Part shown: positions 58,082 to 64,000 of the stretch, in pieces
Layout of the letters: each line of letters starts with the position of its first letter
Numbering within the stretch: position 1 is the first letter of the stretch
Virus record (IMG/VR): IMGVR_UViG_3300002835_000135
Length of the DNA stretch: 64,000 nt
Origin: an uncultured virus (IMG/VR IMGVR_UViG_3300002835_000135)
Lineage: Duplodnaviria > Heunggongvirae > Uroviricota > Caudoviricetes
Strand: one strand, 5' to 3'
Translations under genes and position numbers: made by a program
The notes under the pieces: model-generated
Told to the model about the DNA's origin: nothing
Database searches by the model: none
The model's input: the letters and a program-made list of their open reading frames with translations, nothing else

Positions 58082-59005
58082 TTATTTTGCTCTAAGATTG
58101 ATGCTGATTTTGTCACCAACAACTCTAACAGTTCCTTTTTGTAATTCAGATCTTCTACATGCTTCATCTAAACTATCGGCTATTGAATGTAGTGTGTCCA
58201 TGTCGTCAAATAATTGAGAGTTTAAAAAACCTTCTAAACTACTAAATCTAGGGTCTCTTTGTGCCGCAATAGCATCATTTAAGTCAATGATGTCAGAATA
58301 TGTCTTAATAGCCATAAGCGCCCTTTCAATTCTATCTTCATCAACTAAATCCAAAAATCCAGTGTTAATAATACTTGATGCAGCGTTTAATTCACCTTGC
58401 ACATTTTGAATATCTTTAGTGTCTAATCCCATAACCTCTACTTGGAACAATGTTACACGTGCAAATCTTAATTTCGCATCCTCTGGGACTTTTGTTGGGT
58501 CTTTTAAATTTCTGTTTACTTTTGCTGGTTGGTAATCTGATTTACTATTACCCACAACAAATCGTTTAGCCATATCGGCACGATATCCGCCTTTTATAAA
58601 AGCATCTTCAATAAGTTTTGTAAAGTAATCTATTCTACCTTGACCTACAGATGCATTTTCAGCATCGCTACCAGTAGCATCTGTTCCAACATTAATTTTA
58701 ATGAATACTGGTAATTTATTTACATCATCATCAAAGAATTTTTCAATTGCTTGAAAGTTATAATCAATAATTTCAGAAACCGCTTGCACTAAATTTTTTC
58801 TTACCGCCTCACTTACTTTTTGACCATTCCACATATTAGGTACTGTGGCGCCTTTATCAAAGTAAAAAGTTCCAGTTCCGATAGGACCTCTAAGAATTGG
58901 TTCCTTACCTACAGCGTCCTCATTTATTAAGTTCTTTTTCGCCTTGATAACTTTGTTAACAATTTTCAAAAGATCAGATTCATTTAATTTAATAATTTTT
59001 CTCAT
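58082..59005 (-). CDS. Hypothetical protein, degenerate OmpA-like region
   Basis: LNESDLLKIV motif; FDKG...TDATGS..EN..VG..R. Confidence 0.55.
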   Translation of the reverse strand: MRKIIKLNESDLLKIVNKVIKAKKNLINEDAVGKEPILRGPIGTGTFYFDKGATVPNMWNGQKVSEAVRKNLVQAVSEIIDYNFQAIEKFFDDDVNKLPVFIKINVGTDATGSDAENASVGQGRIDYFTKLIEDAFIKGGYRADMAKRFVVGNSKSDYQPAKVNRNLKDPTKVPEDAKLRFARVTLFQVEVMGLDTKDIQNVQGELNAASSIINTGFLDLVDEDRIERALMAIKTYSDIIDLNDAIAAQRDPRFSSLEGFLNSQLFDDMDTLHSIADSLDEACRRSELQKGTVRVVGDKISINLRAK

Positions 59006-59035
59006 TTCCGAATGTTTAGTATATAAATATGTTTA

Positions 59036-59734
59036 TTATGTTAAATTTCCTGCTATTGGTCTAACAACGTCAAAATATTGTTTAGATTCTTGTAATAGCA
59101 TCTCAAGTTCATTTAATCCCTTTTGAATTTCTTTTACTTTCACCTTTGACTTTAATAATCTAATTTTATTAATAATAGCCGGTATTACTTCAATAATCTC
59201 ACTTCCCACAATTCTAGACATCGCCAAAAAGAAATTATATTTCCACCCGCTCTTGCTTAGTAATATTAATGTTTTTTCGTAAATCCCTAATCTTTTAGCC
59301 ATTAGTAAAATCTCTACTGGGGTGTGTCTAATTATTCTTTTAATACCTTGTCTAGCTACAATATTAATTGAATTTCCAGCCATTGGTAGTGAACTAGTTG
59401 CAAATGTTAAAATAGCCAAACAAGCGTATTCAACTTTCTTATCCTCATCTTCTTCGAAAAAAAATCTAACAGCATAAGCCGAAGCGTGTGTAACATCAAT
59501 ACCCGCTGATACCACTTGACCAATACCTGGAATACCGTCTATTAAACCAGATATAACATCTATTGTGTCATCAATCGTGAGTGATGATGCCAAATCTCTA
59601 AGTTCTCTATTAAATTTTTGGGCTTTATCGGGATCAGAATATATTGTGTTATAGCGATTACCATCTAATGAACTTTGTTCAAGATGTAATTTTCGCATTC
59701 TAGTTTTTTCTTCTTCGGTTATTATAAATCTCAT
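59036..59734 (-). CDS. Hypothetical protein with hydrophobic helical region
   Basis: ITEEEKTRMRKLH motif; IPGIG..VSAGID. Confidence 0.6.
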   Translation of the reverse strand: MRFIITEEEKTRMRKLHLEQSSLDGNRYNTIYSDPDKAQKFNRELRDLASSLTIDDTIDVISGLIDGIPGIGQVVSAGIDVTHASAYAVRFFFEEDEDKKVEYACLAILTFATSSLPMAGNSINIVARQGIKRIIRHTPVEILLMAKRLGIYEKTLILLSKSGWKYNFFLAMSRIVGSEIIEVIPAIINKIRLLKSKVKVKEIQKGLNELEMLLQESKQYFDVVRPIAGNLT

Positions 59735-59737
59735 TGT

Positions 59738-60280
59738 TTAACTTTTTTCTAATATAACAAAATATTGTATTGTCCCATTTGGGTGATCACAATATGTTAT
59801 ATCAATCAATTCACTTCCAAAACTAGCGTTATTTTTTTTCAATTTTTTTAATATAATAGTTCTAGCGGCCATTTCAGCCATTTGTTGTGCTATATTATCA
59901 TCTTTACTAGTACCAGTCCCAAACCCCTTGAAGTTTGTCATATCAGTGTTTACAGCGGACCATTCTTTCATTAATGCTTCAACTTGTTCTGGTTGAATAC
60001 AATTAACATACGGATGTCTACATTTTTTTTGTGTTGGGGTTGTTTGCTGTTGTTGCTCAGGTTTTTTTGTCATATCAGCAATTTTTTGACTTGCATTATG
60101 AACCCCTGTTTGAACAGCGTTACCAACCTTTTGGGCTGTCGGTTTTACTTTGTTTTTCCAAAAGTCACCCAATTTGTCTTTAACTGTTTGTTCCTGAAGA
60201 CCCATTATAACACGCATTCTATTCACCTCTTCGTTTACAACGCTAGGTTTATTATTGTGTTCGTATTTTACTTTTTTCAT
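59738..60280 (-). CDS. Hypothetical protein
   Basis: VNEEVNRMRVIMGL motif. Confidence 0.55.
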   Translation of the reverse strand: MKKVKYEHNNKPSVVNEEVNRMRVIMGLQEQTVKDKLGDFWKNKVKPTAQKVGNAVQTGVHNASQKIADMTKKPEQQQQTTPTQKKCRHPYVNCIQPEQVEALMKEWSAVNTDMTNFKGFGTGTSKDDNIAQQMAEMAARTIILKKLKKNNASFGSELIDITYCDHPNGTIQYFVILEKS

Positions 60281-60281
60281 A

Positions 60282-60749
60282 TTAATAATCGTCGCGCTCG
60301 TATTCGTAATCCTCAGTTGAATCATAGTCGCCTGCGCTTTCGCCTAATTTTTCGTCAATACACATCATTATTTTTTCGTCGTGTGTAAATGCTAGCATTT
60401 CACTATCAGTTAACTTACGATTCTCTTCACCAACAGTTACGCCTCCAATGTAATCATAAGTCAAATCTGGACCACTAGGTGGGTCATAGTATGAACCACT
60501 ATCACCTGGGGTATAACGATAATTCATTAGTAATTCATATTCCTTGTAATCATCTGCTTCATTGTCAAAATATAATACAACATTTGCATATGCTCTTGAG
60601 CCAGATGAAACTGTTACATCACATTCAAAATCAACATAGTTTAATTCTTCAGGTTCTGGTTGTACGGGTCTGTCAATGTCTTCATTAACAAGTTTCTTCA
60701 TTAAATCTTTAATGCGTTCAACACCCTCATTGATTTGTTTTTTTTCCAT
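60282..60749 (-). CDS. Acidic hypothetical protein
   Basis: INEGVERIKDLM motif. Confidence 0.6.
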   Translation of the reverse strand: MEKKQINEGVERIKDLMKKLVNEDIDRPVQPEPEELNYVDFECDVTVSSGSRAYANVVLYFDNEADDYKEYELLMNYRYTPGDSGSYYDPPSGPDLTYDYIGGVTVGEENRKLTDSEMLAFTHDEKIMMCIDEKLGESAGDYDSTEDYEYERDDY

Positions 60750-60766
60750 TTGTTTAATATAATGTT

Positions 60767-61054
60767 TTATAAAAATCTTTTAAATTGTTCTTTGATTTTT
60801 TCTTTTTGTTCGTATATGTCATGCCAATGATCTTGAGAATGTACTGGTTCATCTGGTGCATACATTGGGTCAGATGGTTTTGGTGGTAATCTTAATCTTT
60901 CTTTAGATAATATTGGAGCTAAATCCTGTATATGGTCATCAGGGTATATTACCTTTATTCTATCATCCTTAATTACTACGTGTGTTAAGCCAGCGTCAAC
61001 TGCTTTTTGCAATCTAGTTATAAGGTTTTTAATTCTCATTTGATTTTGTCCCAT
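60767..61054 (-). CDS. Hypothetical protein
   Basis: ORF; start moved to MGQNQ. Confidence 0.5.
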   Translation of the reverse strand: MGQNQMRIKNLITRLQKAVDAGLTHVVIKDDRIKVIYPDDHIQDLAPILSKERLRLPPKPSDPMYAPDEPVHSQDHWHDIYEQKEKIKEQFKRFL

Positions 61055-61175
61055 GACTAAAAATTGTGTTTTTATATAAATATAAGAAAAAAGGGATGTG
61101 AGTAGCGAATTCACATCCCAACGGGATTAGTAACTAGTCCCGGCCCTAAGTCCGGTCTTCAAACCGGAGGTATCT

Positions 61176-61712
61176 TTAATCTCTTCCAAATCTAACACTA
61201 TAACCTACTGATTTTCTACCAGTACACCAATCGGTTACGTTCCTTATAATATGGATTCCAAATATTGAAAGAATTCCGTTTAAAATCAATAAGAATAAAA
61301 ACCCATAAAGAAAAATTACAAATCCAAGTGGCATTTGAATTCCTATTACAGTGTATAAGGTTCCAGTAAACGCTTGTTCGTTCTGTTGTTGTTTTGACTG
61401 ATTCTTTAAATCTTTAAGTTGTTTTTTTGCTTGTTTTAAACCATCTATGTCTCTAGCTTTTACCATTTCCTTTACCTTTACTTTAAACTCTTCAAACTTT
61501 TGTTTGTGTTCGTTAGTGGTATCTGTTGGTAATTCTATACTATCTGGGCTAGTACACGCAACTTCTTGAAGTTCATCAGGCGTAAGGTCTTCTTCCGCTT
61601 TCTCATTAAATTCTTGAGTTGCTTGTTGCAACATAGCCATTTGTTGATCATCTTCATTGATGTTCATCATTGACTTAATTCTACCGATTTGTTCGTTAAG
61701 AGTTTGTTTCAT
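61176..61712 (-). CDS. Hypothetical protein with C-terminal TM
   Basis: MKQTLNEQIGRIKSMM start. Confidence 0.6.
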   Translation of the reverse strand: MKQTLNEQIGRIKSMMNINEDDQQMAMLQQATQEFNEKAEEDLTPDELQEVACTSPDSIELPTDTTNEHKQKFEEFKVKVKEMVKARDIDGLKQAKKQLKDLKNQSKQQQNEQAFTGTLYTVIGIQMPLGFVIFLYGFLFLLILNGILSIFGIHIIRNVTDWCTGRKSVGYSVRFGRD

Positions 61713-62289
61713 TTTCTTCTTCTTTTTCTTTTTTTCTTCTTGCCATGACAATGTCATATGTTAAGTTTGCTTTTTCTTTTTCATATTCAACAAACTTAGG
61801 GTTTATATCTTCAACAGCAATTATTTCAATATTATCTAGGTATACGGATAATTCTTTATAATTATACCCCATATCACTACTGCGCCAAAAATCTGATTTA
61901 TCGATTTCCTCGGTTTTCATATGCACATATGGTCTCGGTGGTTCATCTTGTGAGTAATGTATATAAGGAAATAACCAACCAATCTCTCCAGCATTTTCAG
62001 CATCCCTTTTTGATGGTTGACCTTGAGCATCCACATTCTTAACACGAACCTTAGTTTCCATAAACCCAAATGTCCCACCGTTTTGTTTGTACCATTCTAT
62101 TGGTGTAATTCTGTCAGTATCATTAACCATAATGTCCAATGATATTTTTTCTTTTGCTGGAAGGTCATTATAATGTGCCCCTTGATCTAATTTAGATAGC
62201 GCTGAATCTAAATATTGATTTTCAGTATCTTCATTCAAACCCATCATGGATTTGATTCTAGATACCTGCTCGTTAAGGGTTTGCTTCAT
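61696..62289 (-). CDS. Hypothetical protein
   Basis: MKQTLNEQVSRIKSMMGL start. Confidence 0.6.
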   Translation of the reverse strand: MKQTLNEQVSRIKSMMGLNEDTENQYLDSALSKLDQGAHYNDLPAKEKISLDIMVNDTDRITPIEWYKQNGGTFGFMETKVRVKNVDAQGQPSKRDAENAGEIGWLFPYIHYSQDEPPRPYVHMKTEEIDKSDFWRSSDMGYNYKELSVYLDNIEIIAVEDINPKFVEYEKEKANLTYDIVMARRKKEKEEENETNS

Positions 62290-62350
62290 GTTAAATAAAT
62301 ATCTTTATATAAATAAAAACCCCGATATCGCTATCAGGGTTTAGGTTATT

Positions 62351-63265
62351 TTAGTATTTCTTTGCTTTTATAAATTTATTACCTTGGTCCGTAGGGTCGT
62401 CGAATGAAACTTGATCCTGTGACAAACCAAAACGTTCTCTAACTTTTTGAACCATATATGAATTATACCCTTGTCTTCTTGCTTTGGGGTTAACGGTCAT
62501 CATATCAATATAAACAATGTTCTTTTCCTCATCGTACCAACCCTTAATAACTCCGATTAAATGTTCGGAACCTTTATGTCGTTTTTGATAATCTTTTGAC
62601 CATATTTTGGTTAATAGATTCTGACCGCCAATTCTCATGGGTCCGCTCGGTGGAAAAAACACGGCATCAAATTCTCTGTTGTTTAATTTCTCCTGTGCAT
62701 CTGGAATATCATAAAGCCAAGCGTATACGGTTCCCTTTTCAAATATAAAACTTCTATCACTTTCTTCAACATAAATGATAGGTTGTTGCATAACATTTTC
62801 AGATATGAGTTTTCTCTCGGTAATATGTTCGTCGTTCCATTTACCGTGTTTATGGTGTGTATAAATTTCGTCAAGTATCTCGGTAATCCTATTATTGATG
62901 TATTTGTCGTTGGTAAACATATCAATGAACATTTCATCCAACGGTTTCTCTTCTGGATATAATTGAACGATTTTATCAATGTACCAATTCTCAACCCATC
63001 CAAGATCCTCAACATAATGTCCGTTTTCAGAATCTCTATTATCCCCGCCGGTGGTGAAATCAACGTACATCATGAACTCGTTTCTATTAGGACTTTCAAT
63101 ATCACCATCTTCGCTGGTTATCATCATCACTTCTGTGGATGCGCCATCTGGCATGTGCCACTCAACATCATCTGTGTCATAAATGAATTCTGTCGCATAT
63201 TCTGACTTCTCCTCATTTTCGACCAATAACTTTTTTAACTGTGACTCGGTTATTACTATTTTCAT
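62351..63265 (-). CDS. Protein with C-terminal GNAT-like domain
   Basis: IDMMTVNPKARRQG. Confidence 0.55.
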   Translation of the reverse strand: MKIVITESQLKKLLVENEEKSEYATEFIYDTDDVEWHMPDGASTEVMMITSEDGDIESPNRNEFMMYVDFTTGGDNRDSENGHYVEDLGWVENWYIDKIVQLYPEEKPLDEMFIDMFTNDKYINNRITEILDEIYTHHKHGKWNDEHITERKLISENVMQQPIIYVEESDRSFIFEKGTVYAWLYDIPDAQEKLNNREFDAVFFPPSGPMRIGGQNLLTKIWSKDYQKRHKGSEHLIGVIKGWYDEEKNIVYIDMMTVNPKARRQGYNSYMVQKVRERFGLSQDQVSFDDPTDQGNKFIKAKKY

Positions 63266-63996
63266 ATTAAATTAAATCTTTGTTTAAGGTATTGCATAAC
63301 ATCACCAAACTTATCGAATGATTCTCTTTCTTCTTCGCCAAGATCATAGAAACTTAATTCCAACTGATACATTTTATACCCATGGTCGTGATATAAGTCA
63401 AGATATACAACACCAAATTCTGTATTTGCTATCGCGTCTGTTGACCCATTTAAACCACCGTATTCATCAATCTCAAATGCTCTATCCCATCTCCAATAAT
63501 CATTCTCATCACTATCGTTGTTAACCACCTCTAGGAAATCAAGCATAATCTCTTTCATATCCTTATTGTTATCAAACACTTCAGGATATATGGTTTTCAT
63601 ATAAACCTCAATATTACCGAATCTATCCTTGTCAAAATTTGCATCAGGATATTTGTTGTTTAAGAATCTGAAATAAGTTTTCATTCTGATTGGATCGATG
63701 AATGGTAGGTTGCTATCCGTTTCACCTCTCGCGCCACTGAATACGATTTTCTTAATTCTGTATTTAACAACCGCTTCTTTAACAATTGCGTCAACGGTAT
63801 ATAGAACGGTATTCAAATGCTTTACATCTTTTCCTGTTCTATAAGTGGAGTCGTTTTCGCCAGCAACACCAAAGCCAAGTTCATACACTTGTTTATCTTC
63901 GGTTCCAAGTAGTGTCACGACGTATTCAATATCGCCAACATTAAAAGAATAATCTAGTCGACTACCTCTTTCGGTTGTCAGTGTATAGGGTTGCAC
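63262..63996 (-). CDS. Hypothetical protein, probably 5'-truncated by the window edge
   Basis: ORF runs to the window end. Confidence 0.55.
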   Translation of the reverse strand: MQPYTLTTERGSRLDYSFNVGDIEYVVTLLGTEDKQVYELGFGVAGENDSTYRTGKDVKHLNTVLYTVDAIVKEAVVKYRIKKIVFSGARGETDSNLPFIDPIRMKTYFRFLNNKYPDANFDKDRFGNIEVYMKTIYPEVFDNNKDMKEIMLDFLEVVNNDSDENDYWRWDRAFEIDEYGGLNGSTDAIANTEFGVVYLDLYHDHGYKMYQLELSFYDLGEEERESFDKFGDVMQYLKQRFNLI

Positions 63997-64000
63997 CTCA

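Overview
AT-rich, gene-dense segment of a large (jumbo-type) tailed phage, standard genetic code. The host is probably Bacteroidota: TAnnTTTG promoters, no obvious Shine-Dalgarno sites, T9SS-CTD-like lipoproteins. Contents in order: sugar/heptose-modification genes (1-5.4 kb); a minus-strand cassette of secreted/outer-membrane proteins (5.4-18.1 kb); a translation-support RNA island (19-29.2 kb) with two arrays of 12 tRNAs each, two enlarged tRNA-like RNAs, several unassigned structured RNAs, a GOLLD-like ~800-nt RNA and a tmRNA; glycosyltransferases (36.7-41.9 kb); a GH19 endolysin; an RNA end-healing 2H+HAD fusion; and many probable capsid-internal proteins sharing N-terminal (L/I)xE leader motifs. 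Main discovery: each tRNA array is preceded by promoter - short leader ORF - alternative antiterminator/terminator. The codons of each leader sample all 12 tRNA specificities of its own array and almost none of the other array's, down to the isoacceptor level. This looks like a ribosome-stalling attenuator that senses depletion of any tRNA and switches on the phage array that supplies it. All family assignments are by eye from motifs; no searches were run.
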